DNA from: an uncultured Planctomycetaceae bacterium
Lineage (GTDB): Bacteria; Planctomycetota; Planctomycetia; Planctomycetales; Planctomycetaceae
Assembly (NCBI GenBank): GCA_963815195.1
Contig: CAWFGE010000020.1
Coordinates: forward strand, 420,028 to 484,027
Reading direction: 5' to 3'
Length of the DNA stretch: 64,000 bases
The notes beneath the pieces are model-generated. The model did not search any database. It was given only the letters and a program-made list of their open reading frames with translations, and was not told the DNA's origin. The position numbers and the translations under genes were made by a program. Shown piece after piece: positions 21,228 through 31,340 of this stretch. How positions within the stretch are numbered: the first letter of the stretch is position 1; each line of letters starts with the position of its first letter.

Positions 21228-21409
21228 AGTCGAGCTTTCGTTTTGGTCAAGGAGCAGAGGCCACAAAGGCCCCAAAGGAGCAACGGGAGCAATTCGCGAT
21301 TTTAGCGATTCCCCACCAACATAAAACAGGGGAAACGATGGAGACGCGAAGATAAAATCTCGGCGAACTAGGGCGAACCAGCACGTGCGTTCTCTCCTGC
21401 TTTTCTCCG

Positions 21410-21418
21410 TGGTATAAT
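21410..21418 (+). promoter_or_regulatory. Extended -10 promoter element (TGnTATAAT)
   Basis: TGGTATAAT 33 bp upstream of the DUF58 start. Confidence 0.45.
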
Positions 21419-21450
21419 CTCTTCGCACTGTCTGCCCAGAATGGCCTCCC

Positions 21451-22368
21451 ATGAAAAGCCCCGCACCGACTCGGTCCGACGCTCCCATTCTCGATCCCAC
21501 GGCCCTCGCCAAGTTCGGCAAGCTGGAAGTCGTGGCGAAGCTCGTCGTCGAAGGATTTATGATGGGGCAGCACAAAAGCCCTTACAAAGGCTCCAGCATC
21601 GAGTTCGTCGAGCACCGCCAATATTACCCCGGCGATGAAATCCGGCATATCGATTGGCGGGCCTACGGCAAAACCGGCAAGTATTACATCAAGGAGTTCG
21701 AAGACGAAACCAACCTCCGCTGCTATTTGCTGGTGGACGCGTCCGGCAGCATGGCCTTCGGCGAAAGCACGCTCAGCAAGTTCGACTATTGCCGGTATCT
21801 CGCGGCGTCCCTGGGCTATTTGCTGCTCGGGCAGCGGGACGCGACGGGCCTGATCACCTTCGACAACAAGATCCGCGACCGCTTCGATCCCTCGGCGAGT
21901 CCCCAAAGCTTTCGGCGGATGATCGACATCCTCGAACGCCGAAAGCCGGGCCGGGAAACGAGCCTCGCGCGGGTGTTTGAGCGAATCCTGCCCCTCATTA
22001 AACGCCGAAGCCTGATCGTGATTTTGAGCGACTGCTTCGATCAGATCGCCCCCTTGGCGACGGCCCTCAAGCAATTCCGGCACACGCGGAACGAGGTGCT
22101 TTTGTTTCACGTTGTCGCCCCGGAGGAGGAAGAGTTCCCCTTCAAAAGGCCCACGAAGTTTCACAGCCTGGAGCGCGCCCCGCACCGGGTCCTGGTCGAT
22201 CCCCATCAATTGCGAACGCATTACCTGGAGCAGTACCGCGAGTTCTGTGACGAGCTGGTGAAAATCTGCGGGACCGCGGGGGTGGACTATCAAAAGCTGG
22301 TCACATCGCAGCCGTACCATCTGGCCTTGGGAGCCTTTCTGGACTCGCGAACCCGCCGCAAATCGTGA
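21451..22368 (+). CDS. DUF58 / vWA-like protein (normally MoxR-associated)
   Basis: [49 protein letters not shown]. Confidence 0.9.
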   Translation: MKSPAPTRSDAPILDPTALAKFGKLEVVAKLVVEGFMMGQHKSPYKGSSIEFVEHRQYYPGDEIRHIDWRAYGKTGKYYIKEFEDETNLRCYLLVDASGSMAFGESTLSKFDYCRYLAASLGYLLLGQRDATGLITFDNKIRDRFDPSASPQSFRRMIDILERRKPGRETSLARVFERILPLIKRRSLIVILSDCFDQIAPLATALKQFRHTRNEVLLFHVVAPEEEEFPFKRPTKFHSLERAPHRVLVDPHQLRTHYLEQYREFCDELVKICGTAGVDYQKLVTSQPYHLALGAFLDSRTRRKS

Positions 22369-22384
22369 CCTGGGGATGTCTCGA

Positions 22385-24140
22385 TCACGGCCGGCTGGCG
22401 TGACTGGGGCCGATGTGTTGGCGGATGAGGGCCTCTTTTAAGAGCCTCGCCGCATGGGGGGCGGCGACCGTGCCGCCGCCGTGGTTTTCGCCGAGCGTCG
22501 GCTCGTCCACGACAATCAACACGAGAAGCTGCGGATCATCGGCCGGAACTCCGCAGACGAAGGAGCACACGTCGCGGTCCTGAGAATAGCCGCCGGTTTC
22601 GGGGTCGAGCTTTTGCGCGGTGCCGGTTTTGCCGAAAACGGTGTAATCCTCCAATTTCGCCCGCCGGCCGGTGCCGCGATTGACGACTTCCACCATCGGC
22701 CCTTGGACCAGCCAGCGGGCGATGTCCGAGGAAATCACCGGTGAGACGACCGAGGCCTCCGACCGCACGGGCGGCGAAGCGGCTCCTTCGGGAAGCACCG
22801 CATCGGTGTGCCTCAGCACCAAATGCGGCCGCATCAGGCTGCCACCGCTCGCGAGAGCCGCGTGGGCGGCGATGAGCTGTAGCGGCGTCACCGCGAGTTC
22901 GTGGCCCATTGGAATCGATCCCGTGGAATACTCGTCCCAGTCCCCGAGCGGCCGGACGAGGCCCGCAACCTCGCCCGGAAGTTCGATCCCCGTGGGCTGG
23001 CCGAAGCCGAAGGCGGTCACGGCTTCAGACAGCTTGGGGTTCGTCAGCCGCTCGCCGATCTTGGCCATGCCGATATTGCTCGACTTCACCAGAATGTCGG
23101 TGAGGCTGAGCTCGCCGTAGGGGTGATGATCGTGGAGCAATCGCCGGCCCATAGGGTAGGCTCCGTTTTCACAGTGGATTGTCTCGTCCCGTTCGATCAA
23201 TCCATATTTCAAGGTCCAGGCGACGATGAACGGTTTGAAGGTCGAGCCCGGTTCGTAAACCGAGGCGATATTAAAATTCTTCCAGGCGGCGGGCGGGACA
23301 TCGATGGGATCGTTGGGATCGAACGTCGGCCGGGAGGCCATCGCGAGGATTTCCCCGGTGTGCGGATCGAGCACGATCGCTCCCGCGTGCTTGGGCTGCC
23401 AATCGTGGACGATGCGGTCCAGTTCGCGCTCGGCGTAAAGTTGAATCACGGCGTCCAAGGTCAACACCACGGTCCGGCCGTGGCGGGGGGCTTTCGCGAT
23501 CGATTCTTGCACGTCGATCACGCGCCCGCGGGCGTCGCGAACGAGAACCCGTGTGCCGTCGGTGCCGCGGATGATCTCGTCGAAACTCTGCTCGATCCCG
23601 CCCTGGCCCTTGCCGTCGATGTCGCGAAAGCCCAACACATGCACGGCCATTTTGCCTTGGGGATATTGCCGGAGGTATTCGTCGCGGAAACCGTACATCT
23701 CTTTGGCCAGCTTGAGCCCGCACGCGGTTGGCGGCGGCCTCGTCAATCCGCCGCTTGACCCACAGGAACTCTCGATCGCGGTATTTGGAAAGGCGGATAA
23801 ACAGCGCATCGGCATCGATGTCCACGGCCTTCGCCAGCTTTTGCGCGAAGTCCCACGGCTCCTCGATCTCTTGCGGATTGACGAACAAGCTCTTAGCCCG
23901 GATGGTGGTCGCCAACAGCCGGCCGTAGCGATCGACGATGTCGCCGGGCCTCGCCGGAATGGTTTCTTCGAGCGTGCGCTGCCGGCGGGCTTTCTCCGCG
24001 AAGCCCACGCGGTCTAAAAGTTGCAGCTGCACCAATCGGCAGGCAAGAATGCCCCAAAACCCCAGGAGGCCCCCCAACACGCACCACGTCCGCCAGATGC
24101 TCGGCGGTTCGATCTCGGCGGGGGCGGGAACGTCGGCCAT
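22385..24140 (-). CDS. ftsI: Class B penicillin-binding protein (FtsI/PBP3-like); apparent frameshift near 23720
   Basis: N-terminal TM, ARPGDIVDRYG, RQYPQG, G.GGIE, TLD..IQ, YEPGSTFK (SxxK), KSSNIG (SxN), GKTGTAQ (KTG). Confidence 0.9.
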
Positions 24141-24457
24141 CAGGGCGATTGGTTTTCGTCTTGGAGGGAATCGGAATCCCAATGCAAAAGCGGCATGCGT
24201 TTGGCCCCCGAGACAGCGGGTTTCTCCCGCCGGCGGACCGGCAGCTCGCCTTTGTCCAAGGACTCCATCAAGCGGGCCGGTGCTCCCAGCTCTTGGACGC
24301 GGAGCCGCATCTTCGCGTAGGACTCCCGCAGAATCTCCATGCGGTAATGCTGCCGGCTGATGTCCCGCCGGGTTTCGAGCACCTTTTTCTCAAGCGCCAC
24401 CCCGGCCACCGAGACCAGCACCACAACCGCCACACAACACAAAAAACGGAAGAACAT
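24140..24457 (-). CDS. FtsL-like small bitopic coiled-coil protein
   Basis: N-terminal TM, coiled coil ending LGAPARL (compare FtsL LxxPxRI). Stop overlaps the PBP start; canonical dcw position. Confidence 0.6.
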   Translation of the reverse strand: MFFRFLCCVAVVVLVSVAGVALEKKVLETRRDISRQHYRMEILRESYAKMRLRVQELGAPARLMESLDKGELPVRRREKPAVSGAKRMPLLHWDSDSLQDENQSP

Positions 24458-24458
24458 A

Positions 24459-24589
24459 GGCGAGCGGGGGGCGTCAGCCCCCTGGTGATTCCCAATCGCT
24501 TGAGAACGGAAAAAAATCGAGTGGATTAGAGTGGAGTTGACAGTTTCCTTTATTCCGAGTGACCAGGGGGCTTACGCCCCCCGCTCGCC
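24459..24589. repeat. Family-D REP-like inverted pair
   Basis: GGCGAGCGGGGGGCGTCAGCCCCCTGGTGA (24459-24493) and inverted copy (24560-24589). Related copies at 25341-25375 and 39811-39901. Confidence 0.8.
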
Positions 24590-24604
24590 GGGATCCTATA
24601 CACC

Positions 24605-26455
24605 TTATCGGACGCCGGCGGCCTGGCGGACCACGTTGACGCGGCTGGCGTCGGGCGGGAGGATTAAAAGATCGCCCAAGGTCAGGGCATTGGGATCTTT
24701 CAGGCGGTGCCGGTTCAATTGATAGATTTCCCCCCACCGCGAGAACCGGCCCAAGTGTTTTTGCGCGATCCCGCCCAAGGTGTCGTTGGGACCGACGCGG
24801 TACATCGGCCGGCCGCCCGCATCGACGTAGAAACCCGACGGCTCCCCGGCTTGATGGGCCACGTTGGACACGCTGCCGGCGGCCTGTGCGAATTTGGGAA
24901 ACAGATCGGGGTTCTGCGATTCGAGCACTTCCCGGGAGGGGATGAGGATTTTCATGCCGGGCCGCATTTTCGTGGGATCGGGAATCCGCTGCTGATTGTA
25001 GCGGGCCAGGGCCGAGAAATAGCGAACGCTGCCATACTGTTTCTTGGAAATCGTCCAATAACTGTCGCGGGGCTGAACCACATAAACGCTGGGCTGGTCG
25101 GCCGCGTTCGCCAGAGGCGCGCCGCCGGGAAATGCGCCGGGCGTTTGTCTCCCGGGAACCTGGGCGACGCTCGTTCCAGGCAACTCGTTGGGAATCGGAT
25201 TGAAACTGGTGGGAGGGCTGGCCGGTGCCGGGTCGTATTGGTTCGGCGCGGGCGCTGGCTCGAAATCCCCAAACCGCGGATCGTTCGCCACGGAAATCTC
25301 CGCCGGGGCCGCTTGGACGGGCAACGGTTGCGGCTGCTCTGGCGAGCGGGGGGCGTAAGCCCCCTGGTCATTCCCGAGTGCTTGGGAGTTCCCCGGAACA
25401 GATTCCGCCCCAACATCCGCAGGCAAATTCGCGAAAGGATCGTTCCCCGCAGGCGGAGTCGCGGTCGGTTGGTTTTCCGCGGCGGGATTGGCCTGGAAGT
25501 CGCTGAAGGCATTGCCCGCCGGCGTTTGGGCGGTTTCAGGCCGCGGCGGAAGCGATACGGATTGCGCCGAAAACTGCTCGTTGTCGTTTCCCAGACCCGC
25601 CGGCGGTTCGGCGAGTTGAATCGGCGCCGCTTGAGCGGACGGTAACTGCTCTGCTTGAGCGGGCGGTGCCGCTGTCGCGAACGGATTGGAATCCGCCATT
25701 TTCGGGGCGTCGGCCAATGGAGCGGTCGGCGGTTCAAAACTCGGCTCAGGCGGGGCCTGGGCAAATTCATTCCGCGGCGGCGAGACGGGGTTAAACTCCG
25801 TCGGCACCAGCTGGGGCTCTGCCACGACCGGCGGGCTGTGATTTGGCAACTCCTGGGGGAATTGGTCCGGAGGGACGTTTTGCACCGGCGGCGCAAAATC
25901 CTGGCCGGATTGACTCCCATTGGCCGAAGCGGCGGCGGGAGAAAATTGGTCGATCGAAGCTGAAGCCCGCCCCGCGGAATTCTCCGCCATCGGCCGTTGG
26001 GCCGGGGCAGGCGTGGTGTCGGTTTCTTGATTCCACGAAACCGGCGAGAACTCCGGCGATTGCTCGGGCATTGGCTGAAGGATCTGCTCCTGCGGCGAGG
26101 CTCCGGCAATGGGAGTCGGCGTATTTCCCGGCTTCGCGGGGGAGGATTCTTCAGGCTGGTTTTCGTTGACGGCCGCCAAGAGATCGCCGCGCTCGGCCCG
26201 GTTGTTTTGGATTTTTTTATAGACCACAAATCCAAACACCACCAACAGCACCAAGACAAAGGCAAACCCCATTTTGGTTTCCCGCGAGATGCCGCCTTCT
26301 TTGGGGGCGATGCCCCAATCCTCGTCGCTGCCCTCTTGCGCCGCGGCTTTGGCGGGCGGTTGCGGTTCCGCAGACGGAGCGGGATGCTTTCCTGCCGTGT
26401 CCGCGGAGGACGCCGGTAGGGAATCGAGCTGCGCGCGGGCTTCGCTCAGGGTCAT
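24605..26455 (-). CDS. Bitopic membrane protein with long Pro/Gln/Ala-rich linker and two C-terminal LysM domains
   Basis: ATG 26455 overlaps the rsmH stop (ATGA). TM FAFVLVLLVVFGFVVY; LysM1 YVVQPRDSYWTISKKQYG..MRPGMKILIP; LysM2 YRVGPNDTLGGIAQKHLG..LTLGDLLILP. Confidence 0.88.
   Translation of the reverse strand: MTLSEARAQLDSLPASSADTAGKHPAPSAEPQPPAKAAAQEGSDEDWGIAPKEGGISRETKMGFAFVLVLLVVFGFVVYKKIQNNRAERGDLLAAVNENQPEESSPAKPGNTPTPIAGASPQEQILQPMPEQSPEFSPVSWNQETDTTPAPAQRPMAENSAGRASASIDQFSPAAASANGSQSGQDFAPPVQNVPPDQFPQELPNHSPPVVAEPQLVPTEFNPVSPPRNEFAQAPPEPSFEPPTAPLADAPKMADSNPFATAAPPAQAEQLPSAQAAPIQLAEPPAGLGNDNEQFSAQSVSLPPRPETAQTPAGNAFSDFQANPAAENQPTATPPAGNDPFANLPADVGAESVPGNSQALGNDQGAYAPRSPEQPQPLPVQAAPAEISVANDPRFGDFEPAPAPNQYDPAPASPPTSFNPIPNELPGTSVAQVPGRQTPGAFPGGAPLANAADQPSVYVVQPRDSYWTISKKQYGSVRYFSALARYNQQRIPDPTKMRPGMKILIPSREVLESQNPDLFPKFAQAAGSVSNVAHQAGEPSGFYVDAGGRPMYRVGPNDTLGGIAQKHLGRFSRWGEIYQLNRHRLKDPNALTLGDLLILPPDASRVNVVRQAAGVR
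25341..25375. repeat. Family-D REP copy inside the LysM coding sequence
   Basis: GGCGAGCGGGGGGCGTAAGCCCCCTGGTCATTCCC, nearly identical to the intergenic copies. Translated as GNDQGAYAPRSP. Confidence 0.85.
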
Positions 26456-27375
26456 GCCGGCGGCGGGAGCTTGCGGGCCGCGCGGAGCTTCGCCGTTCGC
26501 GAGCGGGGGTTGATCCGCTGTTCCGTCGGACTGGCGAGGAGGGGCTTGGGCGTGAGGTTCTGCCATCGGCTTTGATCCCGAAATGCGTCCTTGACAATTC
26601 GATCTTCCAGCGAGTGAAATCCAATCACCACCACCCGTCCGCCCGGTTTGAGTGCCTTATACAGCGTGTGATGAAGGGCGGTCTCGATCAGCTCCAGTTC
26701 CCGGTTGACGGCGATCCGAAAGGCTTGAAACACCCGCGTCGCGGGATGTTTTCGGGCCGAACGCTTTGCCGATTCGGGAACCGCGGCCTTGACCGCCTCC
26801 ACCAGATCGGCGGCCGACTTCACCGGGCGAGTTTTCCGCCGCTGCACCAGTTCGCGGGCGATGGCTTTGCTGAATTTCTCCTCGCCGAAAGTTTCCAAAA
26901 CACGAAAGAGTTCTTCTTCGGTCTGATCGGCGATCCACTCCCACGCGGGCTGGCCCTGGGTGGGATCGAACCGCAAATCGAGCGGACCTTCCGCTTCAAA
27001 CCCGAACCCGCGCGATTCGTCCGCCAGTTGGTCGGAGGACAAACCCAGATCGAGCAAGATGCGGTCCGCCGCCGTCAAATCCAAATCCGTCAGAATCTGA
27101 GGGATTTCGATGTAACTGGCCCGCCGTAAAAAACAGTTGGCTTGGTTCAGCCGAGCTTCCGCAAATTTCAGCATCATGGGATCGCGGTCGAGGCCGATGA
27201 GTTTTCCCGTCTCGCCGATGCGATCGAGGATTTTTCGGCTGTGGCCGCCGGCTCCCACGGTGCCATCGACGACGATCAACCCCGGCTCCAATTCGAGAGC
27301 GTCAATGACTTCCCGAAGCAAAACCGGCTGATGGACCGCGCCGCCGCGAGCGGGTTCTCGGCGTGAGTTGGACAT
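26452..27375 (-). CDS. rsmH: 16S rRNA m4C1402 methyltransferase (MraW)
   Basis: HQPVLLRE, DGTVGAGGHS, DLGLSSDQL..RGF, PLDLRFD, HPATRVFQA.RIAVN.EL, FHSLEDRIVK, NPRSRTAKLR. Confidence 0.97.
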   Translation of the reverse strand: MSNSRREPARGGAVHQPVLLREVIDALELEPGLIVVDGTVGAGGHSRKILDRIGETGKLIGLDRDPMMLKFAEARLNQANCFLRRASYIEIPQILTDLDLTAADRILLDLGLSSDQLADESRGFGFEAEGPLDLRFDPTQGQPAWEWIADQTEEELFRVLETFGEEKFSKAIARELVQRRKTRPVKSAADLVEAVKAAVPESAKRSARKHPATRVFQAFRIAVNRELELIETALHHTLYKALKPGGRVVVIGFHSLEDRIVKDAFRDQSRWQNLTPKPLLASPTEQRINPRSRTAKLRAARKLPPPA

Positions 27376-27496
27376 GAAAGGAGACAGGAAAAAGACAGGC
27401 GTCCGCGAAGCAGAGCCTCACGAACGCCGCGTGTTGTACGGAAAAACGGCCGTTGGGGAAAGAGCAATTTACGAGAACACAAAACCAGATGTCGCC

Positions 27497-27560
27497 AAAC
27501 CCAAGCCGACGCCTTGGCGTCGTTTCGTCGTGTTTCAACCGCAAGCGGTCGGCTTGGGGC
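27497..27560. repeat. Family-E palindromic repeat
   Basis: AAACCCAAGCCGACGCCTTGGCGTCG...GGCTTGGG. The left arm recurs identically at ~38066-38091. Confidence 0.75.
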
Positions 27561-27576
27561 AACGGCGTTGATCCGT

Positions 27577-28835
27577 CTATTTCTGCGGGGCGGCGCGTTT
27601 GCCGACGCAGTAGAGCATCTTCGTCGAGCGGATCAGGAGTTGGCCGTCGTCGGGGGTGATGGACGAGCGGAAGATTTCTTCATTGCCGGGGTTCACCGTG
27701 CTGCGAGCCACAATATCCAGCTTCGTGCCCGGTTTGACGGCTACGGTTTCGCCGTCTTCGCTAATGAAAAACGCGAGCCCTTTGTACGCGATCGGGGCGG
27801 CGGAAAACTGCCCGCCCATCCGGCCTTTCCAGAGTTCCTTGCCGGTGTCCGAATCGTACCCGGTGATCACGCCCTGCATGTTCACGACCAGCATCTGGCC
27901 GTCCTGGATGATCGGCGAAGGCAAATCCCGCCCGCCCCCGCGCTTGGTGAACCACACGCGATTGGTCTCGGAGACGTCGCCTTTGCCGCCGGGCTTGATG
28001 GCGAATACCGGACCGGGCTTGCCGTTGACGACATGGAGCAAACCGTTGGCCCCCAAGGTGACGGTGGGCGAACCCCGGCCGCTGTAGCCTTTGCAGAACC
28101 AAAGCTCTTTGCCCGTCGCGGGATCGTAGCCATAAACCCCGGTGTGGCCGTTGAGGGCCAACTCCTCGTGTCCGCCGGCTTCGATCAACACCGGCGTGCT
28201 CCAGCCACGGAAGTTGTCGCGTTTCGTGCTCCACGCCGGCTTGCCGGTTTTTTTGTCGAAGGCCGTGATGCGGGCGTTCTCGTCGGCGTCGCAGTTCTGG
28301 ATGACCAGATTTTTATAGAGCACCGGCGTCGCGGCCGTGCCCCAGGGACCCGCGAACTCGCCCAGGTCCTGTTTCCATTGGAAAACGCCGTTCGCGGTGT
28401 AGCAACAAAGCCCCGCCTTGCCGAAGAACGCGAACACCAATTCGCCGTCGGTCGCGCACGAGGCCGAGGCCCAGCCATTCATTTTATGCGTCGGCTCCGG
28501 CGTGCCGTTCCAATCGACCTGCTTTTCCCAAAGGATGTCGCCGTCGCCGCGGTTGACGCAGAACACGAATCGGCGTTTGCCGCCGTCTTCCGAACGGGTC
28601 AAAAAGATGCGTTCGCCCCACACGCAAGGTGAAGATTGCCCCTCGCCTTTCAGCGGCGTTTTCCAGGCGATGTCCGCGGCAGTCCATTCGACCGGGAGGT
28701 TTTCATCCTGCGAGTGTCCATCTCCCGTGGGGCCGCGCAACTCGACCAATCCGGCTCGGCGAAAACAACACCCGCCAAACCGAACAACACGAACCCACCG
28801 ACCAAGACCGCGGGGAACAAGGATTTCTTCAACAT
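27577..28835 (-). CDS. PQQ-like (BamB-like) beta-propeller secreted protein; apparent frameshift near 28743
   Basis: Signal peptide MLKKSLFP..AEPDW in one frame. RGPTGDG, WKTPLKGEGQSSP, WSTPV and repeated GKELW blades in the next. Confidence 0.85.
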
Positions 28836-29076
28836 GGTTGACCTCTAAACAGCCGAGGGGGACGGAGTACGATCACGTATGGGATTTACCATATCAAACT
28901 CTGTTCCCTAGGTGCAAACGTGCCCACGTTTTCCGGTTCGGGGTTCGGGCCGCGACCGCGGCCCGAACCGGATGATCTTCCAAAGGCGTTCCATTTCCCC
29001 GCAAACAAAACCGGACCTCGCCACGTCCGCCTTCAGCAAAAAACATCAGCCGCAAGACCCCTTTCCGAAAGTTTTG

Positions 29077-29104
29077 TTGACATGTCGAAAGGTTACGATA
29101 TAAT
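29077..29104 (+). promoter_or_regulatory. Consensus sigma70 promoter of sqr with operator in the spacer
   Basis: TTGACA (29077-82), 16 nt, TATAAT (29099-104). Dyad ATGTCG-N8-CGATAT at 29082-29101. Confidence 0.8.
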
Positions 29105-29151
29105 GAATTTTGTGTTGTGTTCTGCGGACCTGTCAGCACGAGGAAAAAGTG

Positions 29152-30348
29152 ATGAGCGACGAAATGCATTATCAGGTTGTGATCGTCGGCGGCGGGACGG
29201 CGGGAATTTCCGTCGCTGCCCGACTGACTAAAGGCTGGTTCAACCGGCGCGAGGTCGCGGTCATCGAGCCTTCGGACAAACACTATTATCAACCGCTGTG
29301 GACGCTGGTCGGAGCGGGGGCCGCTCGGCGAGAGTCCACGGAGCACACCGAAGCCTCCGTCATGCCCCGGAACGCCAAGTGGATCCGAGACGCCGTGGCG
29401 AAATTTCACCCCGACGACAATTTCCTCGTGACGCAGGGCGGCGCGAAAATCTCCTATGATTGGCTGGTGGTCGGCGCGGGCATCCAGATCAATTGGCACA
29501 AGATCAAAGGCCTTAAGGAAACGCTGGGCAAGAACGGCGTGTGCAGCAATTACTCCTACGAATACGTCAACAGCACCTGGGACGCGATCCGCAATTTTCA
29601 AGGCGGCAACGCCGTGTTTACCCAGCCCTCGGGCGCGATCAAATGCGGCGGCGCTCCGCAGAAGATCATGTACCTGGCGGACGACTATTTCCGGAAATCC
29701 GGCGTTCGCGACAAAACCCACATCACCTTCGCCTCGGCGGGGGCCGGCATCTTTTCCGTCCCCAAGTACAAAACCGCCTTGGAGCAGCTGATCGAGCGAA
29801 AAGCGATCGACACACAGTTTCGGCACAACCTGATCGAAGTCCGGCCCGAGTCGCGCGAGGCCGTCTTCGAGCAACTCGACACCGGGGAACAGGTCGTGCT
29901 TCCCTATGACATGCTCCACGTCACGCCTCCCATGAGCGCCCCGGATTTCATCGCCAACAGCCCTTTGGCCAACGAAGGCGGCTGGGTGGATGTGGATCAA
30001 TATACGCTGCAGCATGTCCGCTATCCCAATGTCTTCGCCCTCGGCGATTGCAGCAATCTGCCCACCTCCAAAACCGGTGCGGCCATTCGTAAGCAAGCCC
30101 CCGTCCTGGTCCGGAATCTGAAAGCCGCCATCGACCGCCGGCCCCTCGCCGCCCGGTACAACGGCTACACATCGTGCCCTGTGGTGACGGGTTACGGCAA
30201 ACTGATCCTGGCGGAGTTCGACTACAGCGGACAACCTGCGGAGACCTTTCCGTTCGACCAATCCAAGGAACGCTACAGCATGTGGCTGCTCAAGAAATAC
30301 CTCCTGCCGTTCCTCTACTGGCAAGGCATGTTGAAGGGCCGAGCGTGA
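29152..30348 (+). CDS. sqr: Sulfide:quinone oxidoreductase (type II-like)
   Basis: GGGTAG, HYYQPLWTLVGAG, IKCGGAPQK, PTSKTGAA, GYTSCP (two catalytic Cys), LAEFDY, LYWQGMLKG. Confidence 0.9.
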   Translation: MSDEMHYQVVIVGGGTAGISVAARLTKGWFNRREVAVIEPSDKHYYQPLWTLVGAGAARRESTEHTEASVMPRNAKWIRDAVAKFHPDDNFLVTQGGAKISYDWLVVGAGIQINWHKIKGLKETLGKNGVCSNYSYEYVNSTWDAIRNFQGGNAVFTQPSGAIKCGGAPQKIMYLADDYFRKSGVRDKTHITFASAGAGIFSVPKYKTALEQLIERKAIDTQFRHNLIEVRPESREAVFEQLDTGEQVVLPYDMLHVTPPMSAPDFIANSPLANEGGWVDVDQYTLQHVRYPNVFALGDCSNLPTSKTGAAIRKQAPVLVRNLKAAIDRRPLAARYNGYTSCPVVTGYGKLILAEFDYSGQPAETFPFDQSKERYSMWLLKKYLLPFLYWQGMLKGRA

Positions 30349-30512
30349 TGGTTTGAGAGACCCGCTCCCCAGCGAAGTGGATGAGCGCGACGTAACTTCC
30401 TTAAAATCTCCGTTCGAGCCGCGCACGCAGTAAGCGGTTGAGTTTCGTCTCGGCCGCTTATTGCGTGCGCGGCTTTTTTTCAACTTTTTTCAACATTCTC
30501 CCATTTTCCGCC

Positions 30513-30539
30513 TAAGAAAATCCGTCTCTGCTGCGTCAC
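30513..30539 (+). promoter_or_regulatory. Possible ECF-type autoregulatory promoter (TAAG-N17-CGTC)
   Basis: TAAG at 30513 and CGTC at 30534 upstream of the ECF gene. Resembles generic ECF -35/-10 elements; weak call. Confidence 0.3.
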
Positions 30540-30575
30540 ATAAGGAGAGCACGGAGGTGATTTTGAGGCTGGCAG

Positions 30576-31117
30576 ATGGCATATCAATCCGAATGGGCAG
30601 CCGCGGTGGGCGACATCTCCCATGAGCCCGATTGGATCACGCCGCTCCTGTTGCGATACGAGGGGCCGCTCTTGCGGTATGCCCAGCGGTTGACGAATTG
30701 CCCCGACGGGCGCGGGACGTGGTGCAGGAGACGTTTCTCAGGTTGTGCCGGGAACCGGCCGTCGCCCGCGAAGACCACATCGCCCAATGGCTGTTTACGG
30801 TCTGCCGAAATTACGCGATCGACTTGAAACGAAAGGAACAGCGGATGACACCCGCGGCTTCTGCGGAACTCGGCAACTCGCCCAGTCCCGCCCCCACGCC
30901 GGACGCCCAGGCCGAGCAAAACGAGACCGCCGGCCGGATTCTGGACCTGGTCCAAGACCTGCCGGAAAACCAGCAAACCGTGCTGATGCTGAAGTTCCAA
31001 GGCGCGCTCAGCTACAAAGAAATCGCCGGCGTCACGGGCCTGTCGGTCTCGAACGTGGGCTATTTGATCCACCAGGGTTTGACGACGCTAAGGCAACATT
31101 TGAAAACCGAGGCTTAG
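30576..31117 (+). CDS. ECF RNA polymerase sigma factor; apparent frameshift near 30706
   Basis: YEGPLLRYAQRL joins ARDVVQETFLRL, WLFTVCRN..ID, LPENQQ, LSYKEIA..GLSVSNV. Confidence 0.9.
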
Positions 31118-31162
31118 CCGAGTGCCGATTGAAATGCGAATCACGCGCCAAAATAAGATGAA

Positions 31163-31257
31163 TTAGCCGCGAAGCGGCGGCAGCAATGGAGCGAGAGGCA
31201 AGCTCATTTCCTTGGGCTGACGCCCAAGGCTACATGCTGCCGCCGCTACGCGGCTAA
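31163..31257. repeat. Family-C palindromic repeat
   Basis: ttagccgcgaagcggcggcagca...ttgggctgacgcccaagg..tgctgccgccgctacgcggctaa. Confidence 0.75.
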
Positions 31258-31340
31258 GACAAGGCCAGAATTTCACTGAACAATTCAAACCCCGGTGAAG
31301 CCGCCTTCACCACCCTTTGATACATCCCGAGGAGTTTTTG

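Noticed and set aside
26456..26566. ORF-track start of the LysM gene at 26566
   Set aside because: It would overlap rsmH by 115 nt; ATG 26455 gives a standard ATGA coupling.
28942..28969. Strong GC hairpin between the divergent PQQ-propeller and sqr genes
   Set aside because: No U-tract and no upstream gene to terminate; single copy in the window, function unsupported.
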